Below are positions 1 to 12,078 of a stretch of DNA of 35,955 nt, one piece after another. Source of the stretch: Octopus sinensis (taxonomy: Eukaryota); NCBI RefSeq assembly GCF_006345805.1, contig NW_021828049.1, forward strand, positions 1-35,955. Direction: 5' to 3'. A model generated the notes under the pieces. The model did not search any database, was not told where the DNA came from, and saw only the letters and a program-made list of their open reading frames with translations. The translations under genes and the position numbers were made by a program. How positions within the stretch are numbered: the first letter of the stretch is position 1; each line of letters starts with the position of its first letter.

Positions 1-336
1 CAGACAAAGGAATGGCAGATGTATATATAACGTTTTCTTCTTTTGAACAGCTCAGTTACGAGGACGTAAACAAACCAACACCCGTCCTCTAGGGTAAGGA
101 GGAGAGAAAGACATACACACATAAGTATATATAGAACTTTAATATCTTCGATAGGTTTCGGCCAATATAGGCCCAGGCCATGTCTAACTCAGTAGCACCA
201 CCTGGTGAAGTCCTTTAGTCATACATGGGGTCATAGTCCACTCTAACAAAGGGTTATTATTATTGGAGACATATCCGTGTGTAGGAGGTTGGTTCGGGAT
301 TTTTTTAAAGAAATTTGTCCAGTGAACATTTGAATT

Positions 337-1530
337 TCATGGGATCCGTTTCCGTTTTGATGTATTTCGGTATGATATTAAAGGGAGCTGGGCCGGTTGA
401 GGTAAGTAAGTGTGACGCAATGCGTACTGAGTTCGATTTTTGTAGTACGCGGATAGCACGGGGCCAAGTCTTTGCTGGATTTTAAAATTGATGCCAACAT
501 CATTTGTGCAATATTGATGGAATGTTTTCCACATCACACAAATGATGTAGCGCTCCCGGTGGCGTTGGAGAGAGTAGAGATTGAGTTCTTTAGTCGACCC
601 CAAAAATCAATGCCTCTCATGCCGTCTATCTTTTTTGTTATGGACCTCTGGAGTGCTTCTACTTTCATAATGAGTTGTTTCGTATGGGGGGGGACCACAG
701 TGAGCAACAGCACTCAAGATGGGGTCGGGCAAAAGTAGAGTAGAAAAGGATGATGGTGTAGGCATCTCTAGACCGGAAAGTTCTCAGAATCCAGGAGCAC
801 ATTTTGCAGGCCAAGTAAACCTTACTGCTTACGTGGGGATTCCAGCTTAGATTGTTATCAACAATTACTCCAAGGTCTCTGGTGTTATTAGATGACACTA
901 GGGAGTCGCCTGAGGAAAGAGCATATGGTAATTTCAGAGTTTCCTCTCTCCCAAAGTGGACCAAATCAAATTTATCTTCATTTAAAAGCAGACCTTGCCA
1001 TACAATAGCAAACAGATCTGACTGAATCGATGTTGGGTCTCTCATTCCGTTTATGGCTTTCTGGCTTTGGGAATCATCTGCAATGATTTTCAATGTAGAA
1101 TGTTTGATGACATCTGCTATGTCGTTGATGTAAATGATGAAGAGGAGAGAGACCAGCACATTACCTTATGGGACACCACTACTGACTTTGGCTAAGCTGG
1201 ATCGTATTCCCTCAAACACAATATGTCGGGTTATGTTCATCAGGAAGCACTTTATCAACTGCAACAGCTTTCCACGGACTCCAATGATGGACAGTTTCTT
1301 CAGCAGGATTTTGTAGTCCACTCTGTCAAATGCCTTGCTGAAATCAAAGTATATGACGTCAGTGTTGGAGCCCTCTCTTAACGCTTTTACGATGTCATCA
1401 AAATGGTGCAGAAGCTGCGACGGGCAGACCCTGCCATACACAGAAATCATGCTGGTTGGGGTTCAGCAGATTGTAGTCTTCGAGGAAGTGAGTTATTTAC
1501 GATCTCACCACTCTCTCAAATACTTTAATG
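337..1530 (-). mobile_element. Decayed CR1/L2/Jockey-group LINE, reverse transcriptase and C-terminal region, frameshifted
   Basis: Minus-strand pieces in order: KVFERVV..LLNPNQHDF (about 1450-1530), DVIYFDFSKAFDRV and SGVP (ORF 1166-1450), YINDIADV..KIIADD and RDLGVIVDNNLSWNPHV (ORF 665-1159), LYSLQRHRERY (ORF 337-603). These are RT motifs recognised by eye. Confidence 0.92.
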
Positions 1531-1786
1531 ATATGAGAAGTGAGTGAAATCGGACGTTGTTTCCATAGATATGCAGCGTATTTGAAGAGTCCGAAACCTA
1601 GGTACTGCATCCGATTCTGGGTTGTCCATTTATCAAATGTTCTTCCTAGAGGTAAGACAAATTTTTCATGTGTGTTGCATTCACACGTCTTTGCCAGTAT
1701 ATACGCAGTGAATCTTTACAATAGCGTCGTATTTTTATCGACTGCTATTTCCAGTAAATATTGGTGCCTTGTACCACTAATCTATT

Positions 1787-1826
<40 letters not shown>

Positions 1827-1829
1827 TAT

Positions 1830-1985
1830 ACGTCGTATTTCTTTCAGTTTCTGTCAACCAAATACACACACAATCCTCTCACTGGCCCGGCGTTATAGTA
1901 AAGACACTTCTCCACTGTGCCACACAGTGGGACTGTAATCGGATTCATATGGTTAGGAAGTGTGCTTCTTATCAAACAGCTACGC
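1830..1985 (-). mobile_element. Degenerate 5' half of SINE type A
   Basis: Reverse-complement similarity to 5107-5270 (tttcagtttc..aaagacactt..cacagtgggactg). Confidence 0.6.
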
Positions 1986-2054
1986 TTGAACATTTTGCAC
2001 TTCTTGTTTGGGGGCCGTGGTCCTTTTCCCTATCGATCATGAAATCGACATATT

Positions 2055-2444
2055 CTTTTCTACTCTAGGCACAAGGCCCGAAATTTTGTTTGGGGGGAGG
2101 GGGCCAATCGATTAGATCGACCCTAGTACGCAACTGGTATTTAATTTATCGACCCCGAAAGGATGAAAGGCAAAGTCGACCTCGATGGAATTTGAACTCA
2201 GAACGTAGCGGCAGACGAAATACTCCTAAGTATTTCGCCCGGCTTGCTAACGTTTCTGCCAGCTCGCCGCCTTAAAATATACTTTCTAATCTAGGCACAA
2301 GGCCCGAAATTTTGAGGAGGGGCCAGTCGATTAGCTTGACCTCAGTATGCACCTGGTACTTAATTTATCGATCCAGAATGAATGGAATTTGAACTCAGAA
2401 ACTTTTCGCCCATCCTGCTAACGTTTCTGCCAGCTCGCCGCCTT
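2055..2444 (-). mobile_element. Two tandem copies of tRNA-derived SINE type B (second copy internally deleted)
   Basis: Minus strand reads AAGGCGGCGAGCTGGCAGAAACGTTAG (A-box-like) .. GAGTTCAAATTCC (B-box) .. CCTTTCATCCTTTCGGGGTCGATAAA. The central motif resembles, from memory, the Meta-SINE domain. Confidence 0.85.
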
Positions 2445-2844
2445 CATGTCATCAACATATTATTGTTATTGTTTGACATCTGAAAACATGACATTTGTAT
2501 TGTACTTTTCTAATCGGGGTACTTTAGTTCTGGTTTTTGTTTTTTTGTTTTATTTTCCTAGTGGTGAGTCGTTTACTAAAACATAATGAATGTTTTTGTT
2601 TTTATGTTTATGTGGGCCGTCATCGAAAATACATACTTGGAATACGATAACGTGATGGATGGATGGATGGAAGACTTCAGGTTGACCTGTTGACCATTGC
2701 AAAACAAACTGTTAGAAAGTGTGCGATCTCTTTGATCCCTCGGTATATTGAAACCACAGGGGGAGCTAAATTGAACGGTCTTTGTACTTCTGCATCGAAG
2801 TACAGCGGCGTGAGAATTCCTAATGCATTTATTGGGATTTCGTT

Positions 2845-3140
2845 GGTTACGACGAGGGTTCCAGTTGGTCCGATCATCAGGACAGCGTGTTCGTAGGATT
2901 CACGTGCAAGTGTCTGAGTACACCACAGACATGTGTACCCTTAATGTAGTCCTCAAGTGAGATTCAGCGTGGCAAACAATGCTCTTTGAATTAAAGTTGC
3001 AGCTCATTTTCGCTAGCCGAGTGGACTGGAGCAACGTGAAATAAAGTGTCTTGCTCAAGGACATAATGCATCGTCGGAAATCGAACGCATTACCTTCCGA
3101 TCGTGAACCGAATACCCTCTCCACTAAGCCACACGCCTTC
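2845..3140 (-). mobile_element. Composite SINE: tRNA head plus V/CORE-like TCCTTGAGCAAGACACTT body, joined to the 3' tail shared with SINE type C
   Basis: Minus-strand head GGCGTGTGGCTTAGTGG..GTTCGATTTCC. Plus-strand 2845-2970 matches 18675-18810. Confidence 0.75.
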
Positions 3141-3191
3141 CCCTTCCTACTATATAAGAAAGAACAGAATCAACAGATGAACTCCTTGTTA

Positions 3192-3815
3192 CAGTAACCC
3201 CTCGACTAACGCGGGTGTTACATTCCAAAACCCACTGCGATAGGTGAAATTCGGCAAAGAAGAAGCAGTACCGTACTCTCTATATTTTTCAATTATTTCT
3301 ATTCGGTTGGTGCATAATTATTGCGTTTTTTTTTTTTTTTTTTTTTTCAATAAATTTCATTCAAGAAAATCAATAACAACATTGAACAAAAATATCTTTA
3401 AATGATTATTCCGAAGCATATTCCCCATCTACTTCAATTTCTGCTTGGCGATTTGTTTCAATGTTTTGAGAAAAAAAAACCGCAATAATTATACACTAAC
3501 CTAATATAATTTGTATATATTTATTTTATTATAAATGCAAGACAATACAACACACTCGCTTCCAGAGTTTCGTTTTCCATACAGTATGTGCGATGGAGTG
3601 TTTTATCAATTTATCAATTTATTAATATTTAGGCGTGAAAATGCTTATTCTATCACAGAAATAATAAAAATCTTAAAAAATATAAATACCTATCGACCGC
3701 AGAAACCCGCGATATACTGAGTAGTTCGTGATACATATTTACACATATTAGCCAGAAAAATCCGCGATGTGTTGTGTGCACGATAAGTGAACCGTGATAT
3801 GGCGACTAATTACTG
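3192..3815. mobile_element. pogo/Tigger-type MITE (Tc1/mariner superfamily), interrupted by a mariner MITE
   Basis: TA|CAGTAACCCCTCG at the left end and ..TTACTG|TA at the right end; imperfect TIRs with TA duplication; related copy at 23873-24122 and a fragment at 4063-4150. Confidence 0.75.
3302..3504 (-). mobile_element. Internally deleted mariner (Hsmar1/MADE1-like TIRs)
   Basis: TA|TTCGGTTGGTGCATAATTATTGCG..CGCAATAATTATACACTAACCTAA|TA; retains the transposase C-terminus EVDGEYASE* on the minus strand. Confidence 0.85.
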
Positions 3816-4339
3816 TATTTTCAATTTACAAATAAAGATTCCTATTTGGAATGCAGTATAGTACAGGAACCGTCTGTGAACCATAATAGATTTGAAACTA
3901 GTTGTAATTTGAAGACAGATTTTGAGTATCACGTGTCCAGTAGAGTTGGGCACCTTACAAGCAGCTTTTATATGTATTTTTTGTCCAATTGCTAAGTTAG
4001 ATTGTCAAGCGGTGGTGGACACACACACACACACACATATACATGCATGTATATATACAATAATCCCTCGCTGTATCGCGGTTCACCTATCGCGGTTTAT
4101 TATTTATGCTTACGTCAATTCCTCTGTGGTGTTACCCGCAATAATCGAGAGATTACGACGGGCTTCTTTCAGTTTCTGTCTATCAAATCCACTGTCAAGG
4201 CTTTGACGAGTGGAGGCTAAGATACCATGCAGTGGGACTGAACCCGGAAGCATAGGATCGACAAACAAGCTTCATACCTGCTGTACTTTACTATTAAATA
4301 ATGCACTAATTTTTTTTTCAAATTTGAAATTAGACAAAT

Positions 4340-4630
4340 GATATTTAAGAATGAACCGGTATGCTACCGGTTTTTGCCAGAATTACTTCGTAAGAATTTG
4401 CGCAGATGGTGCTTCTTCAATGAATGGCGAAATGAAAAGCTTTCTGTCTTCAGTGAACAATGCTAACAATAACGCCGTGAATTTGCTTTCTCTATAGAGG
4501 ACCATTAGTTCAAGAAACAAACAGCTGTAATATACTGATGATACTATAATAGACAAGCTTGGACAGTTGTAAACCTCATAAAACGTAGGTCACCACGACT
4601 GAATTCAGAGAGAGTATTTGATTGCTTATT
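4340..4630 (+). pseudogene. hAT (Buster/Charlie-like) transposase relic
   Basis: ICADGASSMNG (from 4396) and, after a frameshift, TVVNLIKRRSPRLNSERVF (from 4563) resemble the ICTDGAPSM.G and VNFIKARPLNSRLF motifs; contains stops. Confidence 0.65.
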
Positions 4631-5106
4631 ATTTGGATAATCTTACTTCATCAAAATCAATTTTCAGCTCATTTTATTAAATATGTAAAGCTCTACAAGA
4701 CTTGTATTTCTTATGCAGAATTCATCTCTAAGGCATTTTCCTTCAATTCTTGTCATATTAAGAGTACAAGCGATACTTGGAGTTAAGTCACAACGGACTG
4801 GCATCGTCACAAGCAGGAAGTTTTCCATACTTAAAACGCTCTGAAAATCTGTTTAAGACCCGGCTTCTAGAGTCTGTAAGCATGAGACACACATATTGTG
4901 TTTCTTGCCATTAGTGAATGGTGCTAACGTTTTCTTCTGAAGGAGATGGCTTTTGGCTCGTGGTTCCCTGTATTTTAAGTCGATCAATCTATCGAGTGAC
5001 TATATTGAACCATGGACACACTCAAATGCGTGTCTGAAACACCTGTATGACTATAATAGATAAATAAAAGTATCTCATTATTTCTTTCTGTATATTATAT
5101 ATATAT

Positions 5107-5270
5107 AGGCGCAGGAGTGGCTGTGTGGTAAGTAGCTTGCTTACCAGCCACACAGTTTCGAGTTCAGTCCCACTGTGTGGCACCTTGGCAAGTGTCTTCT
5201 ACTATAGCCTCGGGCCGACCAAAGCCTTGTGAGTGGATTTGGTAGACGGAAACTGAAAGAAGCCTGCCGT

Positions 5271-5339
<69 letters not shown>

Positions 5340-5580
5340 TATGTGTAGGTGTGTGTGTGTGTGGTGTGTGTATATTGTGTGCCTGTGTTTGTCTCCCCAA
5401 CATCGCTTGGCAACCGATGCTGGTGTGTTTAGGTCCCCGTTACTTAGCGGTTCGGCAAAAGAGAACGATAGGATAAGTAGTCTAGGCTTACAAAGAATAA
5501 GTCCTGGGGTCGATTTTCTCGACTAAAAGGCGGTGCTCCAGCATGGCCGCAGTCACATGACTGAAACAAGTAAAAGAGAA
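5107..5580 (+). mobile_element. Full-length tRNA-derived SINE type A (CORE-like; resembles octopus OR-type SINEs)
   Basis: A-box TGGCTGTGTGG, B-box-like GTTCAGTCCC, CORE-like CACCTTGGC(G)AAG, internal (TA)n/(TG)n, tail CCAGCATGGCCGCAGTC..GAAACAAGTAAAAGA; many copies in the window. Confidence 0.9.
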
Positions 5581-5588
5581 AGAGAGAA

Positions 5589-5626
<38 letters not shown>

Positions 5627-5644
5627 CACACACACAAAGTGTGG

Positions 5645-5937
5645 GTGTTTAGTTCACAGGTGATCTAAACGTTTAGGTATGCTAGGTAAGTGCTGTAACG
5701 GACTACAAGGGCTCCAATGTTATAGCCAAGATGGTAGTTATGGAGCCATTGCCGATTTCCGACGCAGCGGATATATATTAGTTAAGCAAGATGTCAACAT
5801 GAAAGCAAGGCAAATATCTCAAGTCATATACAATATTATTACAGGAAGAAATTCAAAATCGAATTTCTTCCTATGATAATATTGTATATGACTTGAGATA
5901 TTTGCCTTGCTTTAAAGATTGACGTCTTGTTTAACTA
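5645..5937. repeat. Fold-back element: about 135 bp unique arm plus a 158 bp palindrome (5779-5937, 6-nt loop)
   Basis: Arms 5779-5854 and 5861-5937 are reverse complements; 5645-5860 is homologous to the reverse complement of 35660-35870. Confidence 0.85.
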
Positions 5938-6121
5938 TTACGTATATATATATATATATTATATATATATATATATATTATATATATATATTATATATAT
6001 AATATATATATATTATATATATTATATATATATATATATATAATATATTATATATATATAATATCTTATATATATATATCTATATATATATAATAATATA
6101 ATATATATATATATATATATC

Positions 6122-6395
6122 ACCGTGATCACCGTGACCGATGCTGTACTTGAGAAGACTCATCAAGTGAAATCATAGTTGTGGCCGGAGTCAGTGACTT
6201 GTAAAAGCACCCATGCTGGTGTTAAAGGCATCCACTACACTTTTGGAGTGGTTGGCATGAGAAAGTGCATCCAGCCATAGAAACCAAGCTAAAAATCAGA
6301 TGGGAACTTGGTACAGCTCTCCAGCTTACCAGTTCCAGTCAAACTGTCTAACCCATGCCAGCCTGGAAAGCAGATGCTAAATGATGATGATGATC
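6122..6395 (+). mobile_element. 3' end of an RTE-type LINE or RTE-tailed SINE
   Basis: GCATCCAGCCATAGAAACC..AACCCATGCCAGC..AAATGATGATGATGAT, ending in a (GAT)n tail. Confidence 0.6.
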
Positions 6396-6479
6396 TTATT
6401 TGGATCATCAAATAATGTTTTTGAAAAATGTCCAATTCTGGTTTTTCATTTCTGGAATACCAGATGTTGCTACACATGG

Positions 6480-6735
6480 CTGGTCACAATGCGCTTTACA
6501 TTGTTTTAACCTTCAAATGACGCTATCTCGCTGGCTAAGCGAGCAGGTCAACTGAAGAAAGTGTGAGAGAAAGTTGTGGCGAAAGAGTACAGCAGGGATC
6601 ACCACCACCCACTGCCGGAGCCTCGTGGAGCTTTAGGTGTTTTCGCTCAACAAACACTCACAACGCCCGGTCTGGGAATCGAAACCGCGATCCTACAACC
6701 GCGAGTCCTCTGCCCTAACCACTAGGCCATTGCGT
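6480..6735 (-). mobile_element. SINE type C, 5' part with a variant downstream segment
   Basis: 6560-6735 is near-identical to 18860-19035. Confidence 0.8.
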
Positions 6736-7969
6736 ATGTATGTATATATGTATATGTATATATATATATGTATGTATGTATAGGAAAGGCTTTTATCGGT
6801 TTTCGTCTGCCAAATTCTTTCTTTTATATGTCTGGTGTTATGGTGGAAAATTCGTGCTCAAGATGACAAGCAGAGAGACCGAACTCATGACCTAATGGTT
6901 GAGAGGCAAACAGCATAACACACAGATGCATAACACACACACATACACGCGGATGCGCACACATAATACATACATACATCAGTATATGCGTGTGTATGTA
7001 TATAGACAGTTACATGCATGTGTACGTATGTATATATTTGAGTGTATGCTTGTCTGTTCCTGTAAACCAGTACATTCTGTAACATGATGTGATGACGACT
7101 AAAACCGCCTCTTATTCTCCCGATGAGGGAGATTAGTGAAACTGAGAAGCACAATAGCAAATTTTGTCCAAAGGCCGTATGAATCTAGTGCTGGGTCATC
7201 GTGTCTTTTGTACTGGGATTTGAAGACACAAGAAGCTTCAGTTGATGAATGAGTAAGTAGAAAGGCCACTGAGGGTCATTGACTCCGTGTTCTAATAATA
7301 ACAGTTATTAAGGAAAATGGAAGACTATGAATTCAAATTCACTCTATCTTGTGGGATACGGAAGACTGCATTCCTCGATAACCATTAATAAAGCTTCAAC
7401 ACATGTAAAAACAGTCACACGGTCTGCTGAGCGCCAGGGAGATTAAGATTCCAAGAGAACTGACACAGAATGAAAGACTGGAGTGAAACCTCGAAGATGG
7501 TTTATTGTGAAACTGTATCAATTTTCCAAAGAGTCCTACTCCAAAAACTCCTCTTCAAACGCTCTTGAATTAATCTTGAAGTTGGATACGCATCATTGGG
7601 AACCGTAATTTAATGTAGGTTTAAAGAATTTTCAGAAATTTTAAATAAAATTGAAACGAGAAGAAATCTTTATTGAAATGTAAAATGGTGAAGAGAGCAA
7701 AACATCTCAGGAGAGAGGACTCTGCTATTTTAATTAAGTAAACTTTCTTGGTTCGGTGCCTCTAGTAGATTATTCGTAAGTTATATTCTGGGCCAAAATA
7801 GCACAAGCTTTTTGGAACCACAGAGTGACTTTGAACTATCCGTTAGGGAGGCCGGTGTATGACAAGGTACGTCTGCAACACTGTAATACTGCCACATCCG
7901 TCGTTTCTTTACTTGCAAGAAGAAATAGAAGGATTAATATAAAAAAGAGCAATTGGTACACACGATTAC

Positions 7970-8624
7970 ATGAAGTCTGGATGGTGGTTTGCACAGTCCA
8001 GCATTTCTCGACCGATTTCCATGTGGTGAAGCGCTTGCTCTTTCGCCAACCAACACCGTGCGTACGAATCTCATCGATACTCACATCGTGCACAAATCTT
8101 CCGTTAAAATGGAATGAACTGATTCTGTGTTTATTTCCACCTCGTGAGTAATTTCCTGGACTGTAACACGACAATCTTCCATAACTATTCGCCGAACCTT
8201 CTCACTCGGCTTCCTGTTTCAGCTTGTGGATGGCCTGCTTGAGCGTGCTTCGCTCTCCGTTGAAGCCTGGTCTTGTTTGAAGCGGTTGTACTATTCCTTG
8301 ATGTGAGTTCTGTCCACGGCGTCATTGACAAATGGCTGCTGAAGTAACTGGATATCTTGAGATTGAGTATTACCAAGCTTTTGCCGATACTTAGTCATAT
8401 ATCTACTCGAAGCGTTCAGTGAAGAGGGAAATCCGATGAGCAGCCGCACGACATGTGTGTATATGCATACGTAACAGCCGGGAACTGTCGCGATACACCG
8501 GCGGAAATTTTTCTTTACGCGTACGCATGTATACTGGTGTCACCTCCCACTCAAAGGAATTTAGACACGTGCCAGTAGTTTTGGTGGGTAAAAATAAAGT
8601 GGGATAGCTTTTGAACGCACCTTG
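7970..8624 (-). mobile_element. 5' half of a mariner transposon (TIR plus transposase HTH region), truncated
   Basis: TA|CAAGGTGCGTTCAAAAG TIR at 8624; minus-strand translation YNRFK..ARSSRPSTS..EKVRRIVMEDCRVTVQEI..SVHSILTEDL..EMLDCANHHPDFM with stops. Confidence 0.88.
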
Positions 8625-8657
<33 letters not shown>

Positions 8658-8662
8658 TGTAT

Positions 8663-8809
8663 AGGTGCAGGAGTCACTGTGTGGCAAGAAGCTTCCTCCT
8701 CAACCACACGGTTCAGTCCAACTCCGAGGCACCTTGGGCAGTGTGTTCTACTATATCCTCGGCCGACCAAGCCTCGTGAGTGGATTTGAAAGATGAAAGA
8801 AGTCTGTCG

Positions 8810-8810
<1 letters not shown>
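8663..8810 (+). mobile_element. SINE type A, 5' half
   Basis: Matches 5107-5270. Confidence 0.75.
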
Positions 8811-8842
<32 letters not shown>

Positions 8843-8849
8843 TATATAT

Positions 8850-8880
<31 letters not shown>

Positions 8881-9194
8881 ATATATCTATATATATATAT
8901 ATAATGATAAATCTCATTATATATATGTATATGTAATATGTGCATATGTATATTTCTGTGGGTGTATGTGTGCATATATGATAAGCATAAGGGTGTGTAT
9001 GTGTGTGCATACTGTCCATACTACAGTGCTATATTATGGAAGATGATTTCTAGCGTTATCAACATTAATTAGTTATGCTGTGCTGAGTGGGGCGGGAGGT
9101 GCTGTCAATTTTATCCACACTCCTACATCTTGGGTTATGCTTTAATGTGCATGAGAGCGGGCGTGTATATACACACACACACACATATGCATAC

Positions 9195-9237
<43 letters not shown>

Positions 9238-9479
9238 ATATATAATATATATATGTATGTATGTTTATATATATATATATGCATGCATATACATGCACTT
9301 TATATTGATATAGGTGTACATGAATATATGTACTTGAATATATATACATAATGTATGCATATATATATATATACACATATATATACATATATCTATCCAT
9401 ATATATTATAATATAATACATACATACTATATATATATATATTACATATATATACATATATATATACATATATATATAC

Positions 9480-9522
<43 letters not shown>

Positions 9523-9569
9523 ATAATATATATATATATAATGTACATCAGATACATACACACACACAT

Positions 9570-9600
<31 letters not shown>

Positions 9601-9935
9601 CGTGTCCGATAAGGGACCATTTTATCGCAATGATTATTCTTTGAATATCAACACTATCTTCTCACTGTTCATTTCTCCATATTTACAAACATAATGTTAT
9701 GTGTCTAGATATATATATATATAGACACACACACGCACGCGCACATGCACACACACACACACACACATACATATACACTTATGAACATGCCTGCTCTATC
9801 TCAATCTTTTCCCCTACACACACACGATCTCATGAGATAAGGACCATATTTGCCCACGAACACACACAGCTACGTATGTAAATATAACTAAGTGTATTAC
9901 AATTGAATGTGCACATGTGTGTGTGTGTGTATGTC

Positions 9936-9967
<32 letters not shown>

Positions 9968-10278
9968 TGTGTTTATGATACACACTAGAATGATTGTATC
10001 TGTCTGAAAATGCATTTCCAATTACCTCTCTCACGTGTTTTCTTTTAAATCTGTCTCTCACTCTCATCTCCCTTGTCCTCTCTCTTTCCTTTTGTCTATC
10101 TATATCTATATGACTGTGTATCTCTCTCTCTCTCGCTCTCTCTCTATGTATGTATCTATATATCTATCTATCACCTATCGATCTATCTATTTATCTGTTT
10201 ATCAATTTATCTATCAATCTTTCTGTCTGTCTGAGTATCTATCTATCTATCATCTATCTATCTAAATATGTTTGTCTG

Positions 10279-10377
<99 letters not shown>

Positions 10378-11021
10378 GTCTGTCTATCTAGCCATCTATC
10401 TATTTATTTCTCTCTCTCTCTTTTCTCCTCCCTCTCTCTCTATCTATCTACCTGTCTTTCTGTCTATCTGTTCTTTTGTTAATATATCTCCCTTTTTCAC
10501 TTTCGCACACTTTCTCTGTCTGACTGTCAATCTTATTTTGCTTAGCTTGTATACAAATGGCCTATGTATGAGTACACCTTAGTTCCTGCAATTAATATGT
10601 GTACGCGTATGTGTACGGGCTCGTGTATGCGTGCGTGCCAGTGTGTATGCGTGTGTGTATACATACATACATACATACATACATACATACATACATACAT
10701 ACATACATACATACATACATACATACATACATACATACGTACGTACAGGTGAGGGTACATGTCTTTGGGTACAAAAATATAAAGGAGGATCATTTAATTA
10801 TGATTTTATTCCACATATTCCCCTCTCAGATTCACACACACACACACACATAGTGCAGCGTCCCTTCAGTTTGTCTGAACCCTATAAAATAACTCGGGAG
10901 TTTGGGGTTCCAATCAGGCCTTCCGCGATACACTGAACGCCAGGAACTTTTCAATACCACTTTGTACATATGTATATATGTACACACACCACACACAACA
11001 CACACACACAACACACCACAC

Positions 11022-11061
<40 letters not shown>

Positions 11062-11160
11062 CATATATATATATATATATACATAAGTACATATATATAT
11101 ATGTATTATACACACACACATAGATATACATATACATACATATACAAACATACACACACA
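8811..11160. repeat. Compound microsatellite field: (TA)n, (CA)n, (TCTA)n at 10130-10460, (ATAC)n at 10660-10740
   Basis: Directly visible; the overlapping ORFs are low-complexity YI/TH/LSIY artefacts. Confidence 0.95.
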
Positions 11161-11442
11161 TAAGTGAAGTTAAAAAGATGTTTACAAATCCAGGTAGATA
11201 TCAATAAAGCACTCAGTCTTAAACGAATTTGGCTAATTATATCTGATAATCAGACATCATTAAATGTAAGTAGAATACACATCCGAGATTAATCTTCAAG
11301 TATGACAAGCAAACCCAAATACCATTTAGAAGAATTTCAAGAGATTCAGAGGATTAGACAAGATAAAATACGTATAGAGAAACATCACATCTTTAATTGT
11401 AGATTTCACCTACAAAACCGTCGCAAGATCCATAGAGTTTGC

Positions 11443-11549
11443 TTATTGCAATCCAAGACGTCGGTAAAAGCCACTTGGAAGGTTCTCCACGACGATGAGA
11501 ACATGATTGGTCAATTGATATAGGTCAATATATAAAAGAATGGAGCAGT
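11443..11549 (-). CDS. Candidate terminal coding exon of a MATH/TRAF-like gene: (D)CSILLYIDLYQLTNHVLIVVENLPSGFYRRLGLQ*
   Basis: Acceptor tttccatttctgtctag; phase 1 start joins the 16777 exon to give KFRD-D-CSILLYID, like the TRAF YIKDDTIFIKVIVD last strand; TAA at 11445-11443; ATTAAA about 45 nt downstream. Confidence 0.6.
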
Positions 11550-11695
11550 CTAGACAGAAATGGAAATGTATTGTGTGATCAGCGGTGTACGACAGCCTCT
11601 GATGTCAAGTCGATAGTACGATATATATATACATATATATCTATATATATATATAATATATTAATATATAATATATATATATATATATATATCCT

Positions 11696-11918
11696 CTGTT
11701 TTCAAAGAAGAGCGTCTGCTCGAATGTTAAACCATCTTTCTTTTCCTGAGCGGCTTCTAATGCATTACATGTACTAAGTCCTCGCGTTGCTATTTTTTGT
11801 GTTTGTTCTTCTTTTTGGGGATTTACAAAAACAACAACACGAGGACTTAGTATATGTAATGCATTAGAAGCCGCTCAGATGGTTAATATTTCGAGCAGAC
11901 GCTCTTCTTTGAAAACAG
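11696..11918. repeat. Long inverted repeat of a Penelope pLTR-like unit
   Basis: ctgttttcaaagaagagcgtctgctcg..gtactaagtcctcgcgttg is mirrored by caacacgaggacttagta..cgagcagacgctcttctttgaaaacag, with an approximately 40 nt spacer; preceded by (TA)n. Confidence 0.88.
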
Positions 11919-12010
11919 GAAACTCCAATAGAAGGGAAGACGGATGAAGAAAATCGCCAACAATTCACATGGAGAGAACTTTCCAAGGATCTCGGGAATT
12001 TTACCCGCCC

Positions 12011-12035
12011 TAGATAGATAGATAGATAGATAGAT

Positions 12036-12078
<43 letters not shown>
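12011..12078. repeat. (GATA)n microsatellite, left flank of the Tx1-like LINE
   Basis: Direct reading. Confidence 0.95.

Noticed and set aside
9065-11163. Many YI/TH/LSIY/MYVC ORFs (also at 14211-14666, 21135-21434, 28158-28963, 33050-33548)
   Set aside because: Di- and tetranucleotide repeats lack stop codons in some frames.
11302-11523. Plus-strand 73-aa ORF
   Set aside because: Antisense shadow of the candidate terminal exon; no recognisable domain.
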